Below are positions 1 through 11,146 of a DNA stretch of 44,773 bases, piece by piece (position 1 is the first letter of the stretch; every line of letters starts with the position of its first letter). A program made the translations under genes and the position numbers. Under the pieces are notes generated by a model, which was not told the origin of the DNA, did not search any database, and saw only the letters and a program-made list of their open reading frames with translations. Source of the stretch: Craspedostauros australis (Eukaryota); the NCBI GenBank assembly GCA_030167865.1, contig JALAGF010005320.1, positions 1 through 44,773 on the forward strand, read 5' to 3'.

Positions 1-2853
1 CGTCTGTGGCCTTACTCCAATGTTTTTTCGCGGCTTTTCTGCCGCCTTGAGCGCCTCGTTCTCTGCCTTCGTGGTTACCACCAGCTGTTTCAGTTCTTCC
101 ATTTGCTGTTGCATGGCGGCCATCATCGCTCGTGTAGTTCCGGTTGTTCGCCCGGTNCTTCCCGACAATGTCGATGTCACTGATCCCTGTGCCTGCGCTT
201 CCAATATCTTCCCCATCTGCTCTTGAAGTACCGCCATCTTCTCCTTCTGTGTTCCCGACGTGCTTCTGCTCGCCCCTGTGATCGTTGATCCCGTCGACCC
301 TTCTTCTTCTCTCGCTTGCTGGGCCGCTCGCCTCTTTTCGCTTCGTCTCTCCCGAACTTTTCTCCATGCGCTCGTGTCTCTCATCGATGGGATTGTATCG
401 TCGTCTCCGTAATCCTTCTCTCTTCTGATTGGAACTCCTCTTNNNNNNNNNNNNNNNNNNNNNNNNNNNNNNNNNNNNNNNNNNNNNNNNNNNNNNNNNN
501 NNNNNNNNNNNNNNNNNNNNNNNNNNNNNNNNNNNNNNNNNNNNNNNNNNNNNNNNNNNNNNNNNNNNNNNNNNNNNNNNNNNNNNNNNNNNNNNNNNNN
601 NNNNNNNNNNNNNNNNNNNNNNNNNNNNNNNNNNNNNNNNNNNNNNNNNNNNNNNNNNNNNNNNNNNNNNNNNNNNNNNNNNNNNNNNNNNNNNNNNNNN
701 NNNNNNNNNNNNNNNNNNNNNNNNNNNNNNNNNNNNNNNNNNNNNNNNNNNNNNNNNNNNNNNNNNNNNNNNNNNNNNNNNNNNNNNNNNNNNNNNNNNN
801 NNNNNNNNNNNNNNNNNNNNNNNNNNNNNNNNNNNNNNNNNNNNNNNNNNNNNNNNNNNNNNNNNNNNNNNNNNNNNNNNNNNNNNNNNNNNNNNNNNNN
901 NNNNNNNNNNNNNNNNNNNNNNNNNNNNNNNNNNNNNNNNNNNNNNNNNNNNNNNNNNNNNNNNNNNNNTATCGATGTGAAGAGCGGCGTCTTTTCGTTG
1001 CCGGTGGTGGACTTGATCCGCATCACCATCTCTCTGAGTGTGAGATGGGTGCCATCTGGAATCTCTTGCAAGCACTCCGGGATGATGTCGTAGGTCGTCA
1101 TCGCTACTGCGTGTAGGCACCACTCCATTTGGCGTTCGCGTAGCTCAAACCATCCTTTCCTCATGTCTGTGTTGACAATACCGGATAGTGGCGTGATGAT
1201 ACGCATTCTCACTCCCAATGGAAACTTCTTCGACTTTGTGCTGTAGTACACTTCCAGTACTTTGGCCACTAGCGCTTGATCCTCCGTGCTTGATTCCACA
1301 TGAAGCGCCCTTGGATCTTTCTTCGTGTCCCTGTTGGGATCGTATTTTTCTCCGTCTGCTATCCGCTTCCATGTGATTGCTACCTGTGTCTTGGCTAGCT
1401 TTGTGAGTTCTGCCTCCAGTGCTTCTGCGTCGATCTGTCAGGTGGAGTATAGGAGCCAACCCAGCGTTGTTGTAGAGTGAGCCTGTATCTTCGCCACTTC
1501 GAACCTCCCTCCGATGTGTTGGAAGTAGTCCGTCAGCTCTCCTGTGATTTTGCTGATAGGTCCTTTTGCTTTGATCTTGACTTTCAGGTACCCTTTCTCT
1601 TTCGCCGCTTTGTAGATTGGCCGCACTCCTTTGAAGAACCTTTTCAAGTTAGTCATATCTGTTGGGAATGACTCCATTGCGTGCACAATCGTTTGGTCTT
1701 CGTAAGGGTTCCAAGGCAGCAGTTTTGCTGTCACGTTCACCCGTTGGATTGATCGTAGGAACTCTTTGCATGATGCAATAGCTGCGTCGATCGCCGTGCC
1801 TGCGTCATTGGCGCCATCTCCTCCTTCGATCATCATCTGTACGTCGCAGTAGCGTGTCTTGATTGCTTCGCTTTCGCGTGCTCGGCTCCTTCCGATCCCG
1901 CTCTCGTTGCTTCCAGCTTGTGTTTCGTCATCACAATCCATTGGTGGGTGGATGTTGTCCCGCCCGATTTCTCCAATTGCCTGTGGTGTCGCTGATATTG
2001 CGTTCGTTGTCTTTTCCTTGTCCTCCGGTGCTTTCTCCTGCGTCTTTTCCGCCTCTGGCTCTTCGTCCCGTAGGTCCGTTCGTTTGGCCGGCAGCTCCAC
2101 TGCTGTTGAATGTCGCGGGCTTCTTTCCGTTCTTTTCTTGCTGCCTCCCTGATTCGGTGTCTCTTCTCCCGTTTCCGTTGCCGTGTTGTCCCCTCCAGTT
2201 CCTTCCTCCCACGTGTCCGCCCATTCGTTCTCTTCGTCGCTGCTCGTGTCCTCCCCCCCTTTCGCTGCTTTTGGTTCGTTCGTTCCTCCGCTCGTCCCGT
2301 CACGTCGTTGCCCTGCCTCTTCTCCATCTTGCTTTCCATTGTCCTTATCTTCGTTGCCCTTCGGTGCCTTGATCTCTTTCATCTTGCCCCACTTCTTGCT
2401 CAACGCCTTGCGTATTGCCTCCGTTGCTGCTCCAACGCTTCGTTGCCCCGCATTCGTTGTCTGTACTGTGATGTTGTCGTTTTCGATGCACTGTGTGCAC
2501 ACCACTGGGAATCCTCTTGGTGTCACCAAGCCTTCTTCTGGCTTGATCCATGCTCTGCATTCCCTGTGCGCCGGTACGCCGCACATAATACATCGCACCG
2601 CTGCTGCTGCCTGTCCTCTTCCCTTGCAGTACTTGCCTGCGGCGCATTCTACCTTGCGAATGCCTCGTCCTTGCTTTCCATCTTTCTCGCCCTGTTGGCC
2701 CCCGTTAGTCGTCGCGTCTTGCCCTGTCTTCTCCTCTACTCCTCCTGGTCTGTTGTTCTTCGCCTTGTTGCTGTTGATGCCGCCTCTGACATACGCTTCC
2801 ATTGGCATTTGGCCCGTTGGACGCGTCATCTTGCTGCTCCTCGTCGTCGTCAT
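1..2853 (-). pseudogene. Retrotransposon ORF1-like protein interrupted by a single in-frame TGA at 1438-1440
   Basis: The ORF track stops at 1438. My manual translation continues open in the same frame from 1437 to 970 (QIDAEALEAELTKLAKTQVAITWKRIADGEKY...KTPLFTSI). After the N gap it is open from 441 to 1 (RGVPIRREKDYGDDDTIPSM...QQQMEELKQL...RPQT). Confidence 0.65.
443..969. other. Assembly gap (N run)
   Basis: Run of n characters. Confidence 1.
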
Positions 2854-3379
2854 TTCGTCGTTGTTCTACTGGTTGTTTTTGCTGTTTGGTGTTTGTCTTC
2901 AATTTGTTTATTCGTGGTTTATTTGCTGCGACAATTTCTTCCGGAAGTTGGTTCCATCTGGAAATTGTATTATTATATGTTTTACTCCAGATTCTCAAGT
3001 AAAGTGGAGCTGAGTCGCATTCAGATCAAGAGAAGCATGGTGCGCGCGACTCTTGGCGGCCGAGGGCGCGCATCCACCTTGATGCAGGGGTGTTTGTGGT
3101 GTCGATTTGTGGCAGTTCCTCGAGTTGTGGCTGTTGTGGTCATCGGTCGATGCATTTTAGTCGTGGATACGCCGTCCGTGTTTGCGGACTGCGTGCCAAG
3201 ATTCGATCAATCTTCCCGTTTGTCAACCAACCAACCCAACAAGAAAGAGGTCGTTGTTGCCCTCTTCCTTCCTCTCATACCAAAGTACGAGGATCATGGT
3301 GCACATCAGGCCGCATGATCACAGCTCCTTCCACAATACTTCTGGCCGTTCACCAGCCCTTTCAAAAGGACAGAATAGA

Positions 3380-4813
3380 ATGAGCAGCACGGCAACGCAC
3401 ATGGCTGTCGATGGTGAAGATCGTGGAATGTCAGATACAACGGCGACGTCAAAGCACAAGGGTGCTGCGCCGCTCGAGACGGACTACGCGCACATGCCAC
3501 TGTGCTGTCAGCTGGATCCGCAGCTCAAGATGTTCCGGCTCATCCGGTCCAAAGGAAAGGCCTTGTTCTCCGGTGGTTTCGGTGTGACCATCACCTCGAA
3601 GAAGGAAAAGGAGCACCAGCAGTGCGCTCCTGATGTCGCGACGAATGGTGCTGATTCCGACAAGCTGGACGCCAATGGCACCAGGAATGGTATTGGGGGC
3701 GGCAACGGCGGCAACGGCGATGCCGCTTGCTTTGACCAACCGCAATCATCATCCACAGCAGTAAATGTGGGAGCAGACTCAGATGCCAATGTAAAGCCGG
3801 GCCAACAACTGCAACATCAACTGCAGGAACAAAAACAACAGCAAGAGTCAAACCCTCAAGAGTATCTCTTTGCGGAAGAAGCCGTATTCTTGTACGAACG
3901 AGGACTGCTATTTTGCCTGCGATCCGATGCATCACCGCACGAAGCAGATTCGCAACATCCTCCCGCAATGGAAATGTCTGAAATCTACGCCGCATTGGAA
4001 ACGTGCGGTGTCAGCCTTCCTGTGTACCTCGTCTATGCGCATCTGCGAGGGCAGGACTTTCGAGTGCTGCGCCATCACCCTGAACGGCATCAATGGTTGC
4101 AGCAACAGTGCGCGATTCAGAAGAATGGAGGATACAAGGATGGGGAGAGGAAGAAGCGCAAGCTTCAACACGAAGGCGAAGCTGCAAATGATTCAACTCA
4201 CCATGAAAACAAGCCAGCATCCACCAGTGATACGAGTACCCAGCCGCAGCCGCAGCATTCAGCCAAAGACGCAGTTAATATCGCCGATGGTAATGACGAA
4301 AGCATTGCGAATGAAATTGTTGATGATCATGACACTACGACGGAAATAAGCAGCAGCGGCGACAACAAGACTGTCACAGCCAGAACCACAGACAATGGCT
4401 CCCTTGAACGATCACTGCCTCTGCGTGAACTGAAACGTCGTGTGAGACAAACGATCCAGCATGCACCAATTCCACAGGTGTTAGGTGGAACAACAGCACT
4501 CGCATCAGCATCGTGTGAACAACGAGAGCAGAATCAGCAGGAGGGTGGTGACGAATCGCTCTCCATCGCTTGGGATGTGTACATGCCAGAATCTCAATTT
4601 GCCAAGACGAGCCCTGGTTTGCCATCCTTCTACGTTGCCATCACCCATTTCAATGTTCCAGGACTATCCTTCAGCAATTTGCAGCAGCTACTAAGAGCGA
4701 AGACGAATGGATTACCATTGAAGCTGGCTTCCGTGTCGGATTCAGGCACAGTCATCATGTTTGGCGTGACAGACTTTGGTGTGCCATCTATCTCGACGTC
4801 AATTGAAGCGTAA
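3380..4813 (+). CDS. SEN54: tRNA-splicing endonuclease subunit Sen54-like protein
   Basis: Sen54-type motifs YLFAEEAVFLYERGLL, YLVYAHLRGQDFRVLRH, WDVYMPESQFAKTSPGLPSFYVAI and PLKLASVSDSGTVIMF, separated by low-complexity inserts. The start is uncertain: ATG 3380 chosen, but ATG 3296 is also in frame. Confidence 0.8.
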   Translation: MSSTATHMAVDGEDRGMSDTTATSKHKGAAPLETDYAHMPLCCQLDPQLKMFRLIRSKGKALFSGGFGVTITSKKEKEHQQCAPDVATNGADSDKLDANGTRNGIGGGNGGNGDAACFDQPQSSSTAVNVGADSDANVKPGQQLQHQLQEQKQQQESNPQEYLFAEEAVFLYERGLLFCLRSDASPHEADSQHPPAMEMSEIYAALETCGVSLPVYLVYAHLRGQDFRVLRHHPERHQWLQQQCAIQKNGGYKDGERKKRKLQHEGEAANDSTHHENKPASTSDTSTQPQPQHSAKDAVNIADGNDESIANEIVDDHDTTTEISSSGDNKTVTARTTDNGSLERSLPLRELKRRVRQTIQHAPIPQVLGGTTALASASCEQREQNQQEGGDESLSIAWDVYMPESQFAKTSPGLPSFYVAITHFNVPGLSFSNLQQLLRAKTNGLPLKLASVSDSGTVIMFGVTDFGVPSISTSIEA

Positions 4814-4994
4814 TGGAGTAAAGGGGAATCCAACCTCTCCAGATTAACACCATTGAGAGGTATGATGTTGCATTCGAGCTTTGAACAGTTGTGTTGATGC
4901 CCGTCGAAGAGAGACTTTTGTACTATTTCCACTCGGCTATACCATACATACTCGAAATAGTATGCATGAGCCAGTATCTGCCCTGCGCACAGCA

Positions 4995-6569
4995 TTAGAT
5001 ACCGGTTGGCAACGACCGCAGCAACCAAAATCCGGCTGGATCATCATCTTCATCACGTTGCACGCTGATGAAATGCAGCCCGCCCAGAACCTTCTTGCCC
5101 TCCTCGAATGCCGCGCCTTCTTCGCGCTGCACGTCATCCAACCGCGCCAGAAGGTATTCCGTGTCGATGTCGGTCTGCACGATGAGGTTGTTCCTCTTGA
5201 AATCGCAGGTCAAACCCGCCAATTCGGTTCCGGCCATCCAGGAGGCCAAGGCGTCGGGACGCTGAGTCAGGATGACGACGCCCTGCACGAAGGCGTCGGC
5301 GGGGAGCTTGGGATCGATGGGACAGAGGTTGCCGACGCCGATGTTTTCGGAGTCGACGCCACCGCCTGGCAGGAATTCGGCCAGCGGCAGCCCGACGAAG
5401 GCGTACTTCTCGCCTCTCAGCGCATCCGGGAGCTTGGAGGGCGTGCGGATATCCAGGAAGGATGGTCGTGCGGTGGATGCGGCCATGGATTGGCGGTAGC
5501 TGCACGTGAAGTTGCGTTGTGTTGATTTGCGTGTGTTTCGCGGAGAATGATTGCAAAATGAAATATTGAATACACCCCAGATAGGTACGCCAACGATCAC
5601 ATTTGGTTGCCGAAGAAAGGCAAAGACAAAGAAAAGGATGGTAACGAAGTATGAAGGAATGAGAGACCCATGTTCGAATTGGATAACAGGAATAAAAATC
5701 AGGCGATGCCGAAGATGCTGTTGTGAAAATCACAACTTCCAGTTCTCTCTCCCTCTCCATCTTCCTTCTCGTCTTTGTCCATTTTCATCTCCACCTCGGA
5801 ATTCATGTATGCATTCCTTGATGGAAATGCATTGCTGTTGAGTTCGATACCAAGGAACCACATCCTCGAGATACGTAGCTCAGGCCACATTTTGGCAACA
5901 CTCGAGTTCAGCCATACCACAATCCACCATATTAGTACTACCCCATACACACCACGCCGTTGTGCACAAACGAAGCAAAATACGATGGTAGAAATGAACT
6001 CACCCCTCCATCTGAGGGTACACGGAATCGTTGCGCTCCTCCAACCACTGCGCCAAGGAGAAGGTGCATCGGGAGGCACGTCCCACGACATCAATGTCCG
6101 ACAATGCGATGTTGATCATGTTGAACATGGCGCCGCGGAAGAAGCGGACGGTGGACGGCTTGGTGTCGGATCGGTCGATAAGATCCTCCACAACCTTGCG
6201 CAGCTCCTTGGAATTGACCTGGTTGGACGGCAGGGTCTTGACGTATCGGAAGCTGCCGTTGGAGTCCGTTATCAGCACCTCCCATAGCTTCTTGTTGCCC
6301 GTGAGCACCACCGGTCGGCTGTAGCAGTCAATCTCCCAATCCTGCGACGGCGTCTTGCCCTCGACCTTCACCAACTCCTCCGACAGCGGCATCGGGGTGG
6401 ACTGCAGCATCGTCCGTGACGTCAACGACGCCGAGACGGACGATGGCATGTTTGGCTGGAAGGCAGCGACGCCGAGTTTGGCCTGCGACAGGCATCCCAG
6501 CATCATGGCCATCGCAAGCAGGGCCATGGCCGCTGTCCAACGCCGATTCGTCAGCCGCATCTGCATCAT
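4995..6569 (-). CDS. TAB2: Plastid RNA-binding protein, Tab2/ATAB2 family; exons 6569-6004 and 5499-4995 (~356 aa)
   Basis: Tab2 motifs WEIDCYSRPV..KKLWEVLITD, VNSKELR, VRFFRGAMFNMI, WLEER..VYPQMEG, LPDALRGEKYAFV and GLHFISVQ..GFWLL. A GTGAGT...TGCAG intron (6003-5500) joins GG+C TAC in frame. A hydrophobic signal peptide ends at VAA-FQP. Confidence 0.92.
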
Positions 6570-7450
6570 CGATAGAGTTGTGAACGCTTCTGTTGTGGTA
6601 TTGCGCGATGCACGATGCGGGTATTGTTTATCAACAAGGGTGGAGTACACGCCGCGAGTAGAGAAGCACACTTGCCAGGTTGTTGAGTTGTTGAGTTGCT
6701 CGGAGTTGTGCCTTCCGATCTTCGCCAGACGCCTCCTTGTTGCAAACAGAGAGAGAGATCGAGAGATCGAGAGTGCAACAAACCAACGACACACAGAGAA
6801 GGAGCAGAGAGATGGCACACAAGTTGAAATTGGGTTCCAAGTGTGACGTAACGGCAACAAGATCGCGAACATTGGTTCAATCGATCACCACGACTAACTA
6901 AACAAGAATGAAAGCAATCCGTACCACCGTCCGCACGTCATCCGTGCATGATATCTCTGTTTTCGATCACCACGAATTGAACGCAATCAACAACCAACCA
7001 ATCCAACACCGATCCAACCTGAACAAGAAGAGGATCTGCCAACGACGATGGCAACCATCAACAACCACAACAGGAACAACGATCAAGAGAGAGCATCGAA
7101 CAAGGAGACCATCATCACAAGGGAGGACAAGAGACACCAAGAGACATCAAGAGACCATCACCCCATCGGTCGCAGGAGACAATCAAACCAAAGCACCTTT
7201 GAAGGATACAAAAGAAGAAGGCAACAAACAAAAGGTTCATTCATTGCATCCAACGCAAGCGACGAGCACCGGAGTTTTGAAGTCATCTAAATTCCCTCTA
7301 CTTTGCTGCTACGAGTCCCCTTCAATCAAGCACACACCACGGCCGAAGCATCTAGCAAGTCGGCACTTGCATACGACAATCATTGTCTTGGGCATCTATC
7401 CAATCCAATCACCAATAAACTGGCGATCTCACTGATCCGCACATACCACG

Positions 7451-9506
7451 ATGCTGATTCTGTTTGAAACACCCGCCGGATACTCCCTCTTCAAGGTGCG
7501 TTGGTGGTGATGCTGCCTTCCGGAATGTCTGGAAGATCGGATGGCCGATGGGGCTTTCTAGCAGCTGATCACATCTTGTGAACAACTGCACAACATAACA
7601 CCATGCCATTCCATGCATGCATGGTGGGACGATGAATCGCATCCGGTGCCGTCCATGGCTGTTTCTCAATTTTCAAGGATCCAGTGCACTGATGGCTTGT
7701 TTTCTCATCTCTGTGATACAACATGACATCTCATCGTCATCTACGTTGGCATGGATGGCATGGATGACGCTTCTGTCATCATCGTATCGTACCCTTTCTC
7801 CTTCCATCATATAATATACCCGTACTCTGACCATTCAACTCACACTGACATTCGATGCTACTTGTGAACATTCCCCGATGGATCCAAAACTAACATTAAA
7901 CAACACTCTGCGATACCCAACATGCTACTGCTCGCATGATACCATTCGAACATTCGATGGCTTGCATGCATAACACGAATCGTAGGTGGGAGACGAAAAG
8001 AAGCTGAAGAAGACTGACCCCGATGACATCTACGACACATTCTTCAAGGATGCCAAGAAGGCATCCAAGTCGCTCAGCCTCGTCAGCTTCCAACCATTCG
8101 AGGATACAGCCGAAGCCGTGACGGCGGCCACAAGCGCCCTCGAGGGCAAGGTGTCCAAGTCGCTCAAGAGATTCCTCAAGAAGAAGCTCAAGAAGGCGGC
8201 CAGCTCCTCCCTGGCGGTTGCCGACAAGGCGCTCGGCTTGTCGCTCAAGGAGACCATGTCATCGTCCTCCGTCTCCATCGTCAACGATTCCAAGACGCAG
8301 GAGCTCTTCCGCGGACTCAGATGTTACATGGATGAATTGTTTGACCAGGATGGCGGCCTTTCGCCGTCCGATCTGCGCGCCATGCAGCTCGGTCTCAGCC
8401 ATTCCCTCAGTCGCTACAAGCTCAAATTCTCCGCCGACAAGGTCGACACCATGATCGTGCAGGCCGTAGGGCTACTGGACGAGCTCGACAAGGAGGTCAA
8501 CACGTACGCCATGAGAGTCAAGGAATGGTACGGATGGCACTTCCCAGAGCTGCAGGGCATCCTCACCGATAACGCCCAGTATTCCAAGCTCGTCCTCAAG
8601 TGCGGCATGAGACCAAACTTCTCCAAATCAGACCTCAGCGACATCCTGGAAGATGAGGCCGTGGAATCGGCGATCAAGGAGGCTGCGGAGATCAGCATGG
8701 GAACCGAGATCGCCGATCTCGACATCATCAACATCCAGGCCCTCGCCGAGCAGGTCCTGTCCCTCACGGAGTACAGAGCGCAGCTGTTTGAATACCTCAA
8801 GAACCGTATGAATGCTATTGCTCCCAACCTCACGATACTGGTTGGCGAGCTTGTCGGAGCGCGTTTGATTTCCCACGCCGGATCCCTCATGAACCTGGCC
8901 AAGCAGCCCGCCTCCACGGTCCAGATCCTCGGAGCCGAGAAGGCCCTCTTCCGCGCGCTCAAGACGAAGCACGACACGCCAAAGTACGGTCTCATCTATC
9001 ACGCGTCGCTCATCGGACAGGCGGCGCCCAAGAACAAGGGTAAGATCAGCCGAGTGCTCGCCGCCAAGGCCTCGCTGGCCATCCGCGTCGATGCCCTCAG
9101 CGATGAAACCGCGGGCCAGGTCGACACGACTATCGGACATGAAGGACGCGCCAAGGTGGAGGCCAGATTACGGCAGCTCGAAGGTGGCAGCGTCGGTGTC
9201 AACGGCAACGGAATCAACAGCCGGAAGACGTCGAAGTACGATCCCGTGGCTGCCAAGACGGCGGCGCCGTCCGCTTCGCACAGAGACACGAATGACATGG
9301 TGATCGACGATGCCGCGGAAACACCCAAGAAGGAAAAGAAAGAAAAGAAGGAGAAAAAGAGCAAGAAGGAAAAGAGGAAATCAAAGGGAGGCGACGGGGA
9401 TGACGGCGAGAAGACGCCGAAGAAGAAGAAGCGCAAGGCGGATGGCGACGATGATGACGAACCCAAATCCGCCAAGAAGGCCAAGAAGAAGCGCAAGTCC
9501 ACATGA
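7451..9506 (+). CDS. NOP58: Nucleolar protein 58 (box C/D snoRNP core); exons 7451-7495 and 7986-9506 (~521 aa)
   Basis: Exon 1 encodes MLILFETPAGYSLFK (missed by the ORF track); GT..CGTAG intron 7496-7985. Nop-domain motifs MRVKEWYGWHFPEL, PASTVQILGAEKALFRALKTKHDTPKYGLIYH and KGKISRVLAAK, plus a KKE-rich tail. Confidence 0.96.
7507..7572 (+). promoter_or_regulatory. Candidate structured C/D-like (k-turn) RNA element just inside the NOP58 intron
   Basis: GTGATGC (7507-7513) and CTGA (7565-7568) are brought together by a GCTGC/GCAGC stem. They enclose hairpins CTTCCGGA/TCTGGAAG and ATCGG/CCGAT. Confidence 0.3.
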
Positions 9507-11123
9507 TGGAGCATGCGTGCGAGGGCGGCTGAGAACGACAGTGGAGATAGGAGCTGCGGTGGAACTACATGAACCATGGATGTATGGTATATGTATGGTA
9601 CTAACATACTCTACGCTCTATTCGTAACTATTGTGATGGTGTGTTGATTGCATCGCATAGTGGTACAGAAGCTATCCTTAAACCCAACAATAAAGTGGAT
9701 CTGCATATGTTCTATTATAAGAGTATAGGAGAGTATTATTCGAAAGAACATTGTTCTGGACAAGATGGACGGAAAGAGATAGAGAGAAAGAAAGAGAACT
9801 ACGCTCCACGAAATGCTCGTGGTCTACACCTATCCCGACGAGCTATCACATTTGTGCATCTGTCTAGCTGGGCTTCAGTTCGTCCGTCGCTGGTGATTCG
9901 AACTGGTCACGAACATACTCGATCCTCTCTCTCGTGGTCTGTTTCGTGGAGAGGATGCTTGGTGGTCATCCCTGATGGATCTTTTGTCTGCTCTGTGCAA
10001 GAGGACGCTTGGATTCCATGCCATACGAACCCCTCCATCCTTCGGATCGGAGGATCTTTCGGAGCAAGACAGCAAGGCAGCGCCACCGCGAGCAAGGCTG
10101 GGTTCTACCCTTGCTCAGCAGCTCACCCAGAGTGGTTCGCCATGAGACCACAACCGTTGGGCTATCCATCATGACCAAGGTCCAAGAGGCATGTACCTGA
10201 TGGTTGGGATTGCTCGGGACCGCAACAAGATGCCATGCCTCCTGAGATCTCAGAGAAGGTGTGCAAACGGATCCGTGCGACTCAAAACGCATTCGGAGAT
10301 TCGAAGAGCGGCACAGAGTCGTTGAGATGATGGCTCGACCTGACGTTATGCCGGTATCCTGCTCAGCCTGGAGCAAGCACCAAGGGAGGGACAGTGCTCC
10401 GTAAAAGTAGAAGCATGAGTGTACGTATGATTAGATAGGGAGGAGGACACAGGACCTTGCAGCCATGGGCGCGACGTTGGGCAGGTACCTACAGATAGCC
10501 AGAGGTTGGCAGGTTCCGTCTGTGCAAATGTCCAGTTCCTCCTTCCACACGGAAAAAGGCAGAGCCGAGCGAAAGGGTCGCTTTCCTGACTGTGGCGACG
10601 TGGGCAGATGAGGGGTCAATCACAAGACGGAAAGTCTCGGGGGTGTAGACTATTGTATAATACCATACAGACGCACTTCAAGACATGTCACATCATTTCA
10701 CTCATGATGTTTCCTGGATCACCATCAGAAGCAGCGGTTCCATCACGAACTAACACCATGCGACCGCGTGCACGTACGACTATGAGTAGGTCGCACCAGG
10801 CAACGACAACCATCGACACCAAACGAACACACTCCACGAGCATCCGTGATCAATCTTTGGCGTCTCTCGTTTCTCCTTGCCCCGCGCCTGAGCCGGAAAA
10901 AATGAGTGGCAGAGAGATGCCAAGGAGAGAGGAGAAGTGAGGATGCAAACAATTCCCTTCTCATTTCTGCCGTTCCGGTCTCCGAACTGAGGCCGTTTAC
11001 TCCGTCTCCACCTCTTTCCGTGACATTTTTATCTCCGAAAGGAACAAAACAAATGCACTACCGGTGCTAGCGTTGCTGCTCCATAGACGAACATTCCAAT
11101 GGTCGAGTATCATGCGAGCTCTG

Positions 11124-11146
11124 GAGAGAGAGAGAGAGAGAGAGAG
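11124..11146. repeat. (GA)n microsatellite
   Basis: About 11 GA units, read directly. Confidence 0.95.

Larger units (their letters stand above)
1..2960 (-). mobile_element. Non-LTR retrotransposon (LINE, probably diatom Ambal-like): 5' UTR plus ORF1, truncated by the window edge
   Basis: A-rich leader (~2960-2854) precedes a long minus-strand frame from ATG 2853. The frame has a PHD-like finger and motifs I associate with diatom LINE ORF1 proteins (LGWLLYS, ALHVE, FPLGVRMR, TLREMVMRIKS..PLFTSI, DDDTIPS), then a coiled-coil-like tail. No RT or endonuclease is visible in the window. The 5' boundary is approximate. Confidence 0.6.

Noticed and set aside
2110..3318. 402-aa plus-strand ORF and similar long overlapping ORFs (23029-24264, 39484-40614, 27125-28066, 19647-20663)
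   Set aside because: Antisense shadows of real genes, with no recognisable motifs.
7629..7692. Second possible C/D unit in the NOP58 intron (ACGATGA...CTGA)
   Set aside because: Degenerate C box, no closing stem, and only a short uncertain rRNA match.
3380..9506. Apparent RNA-processing cluster (SEN54, Tab2, NOP58)
   Set aside because: The three act in different compartments and pathways; adjacency in a eukaryotic genome is probably coincidental without synteny data.
10629..10640. GGAAAGTCTCGG resembling CR-I of RNase P/MRP RNA
   Set aside because: I could not find a convincing CR-V partner or P1 helix downstream.
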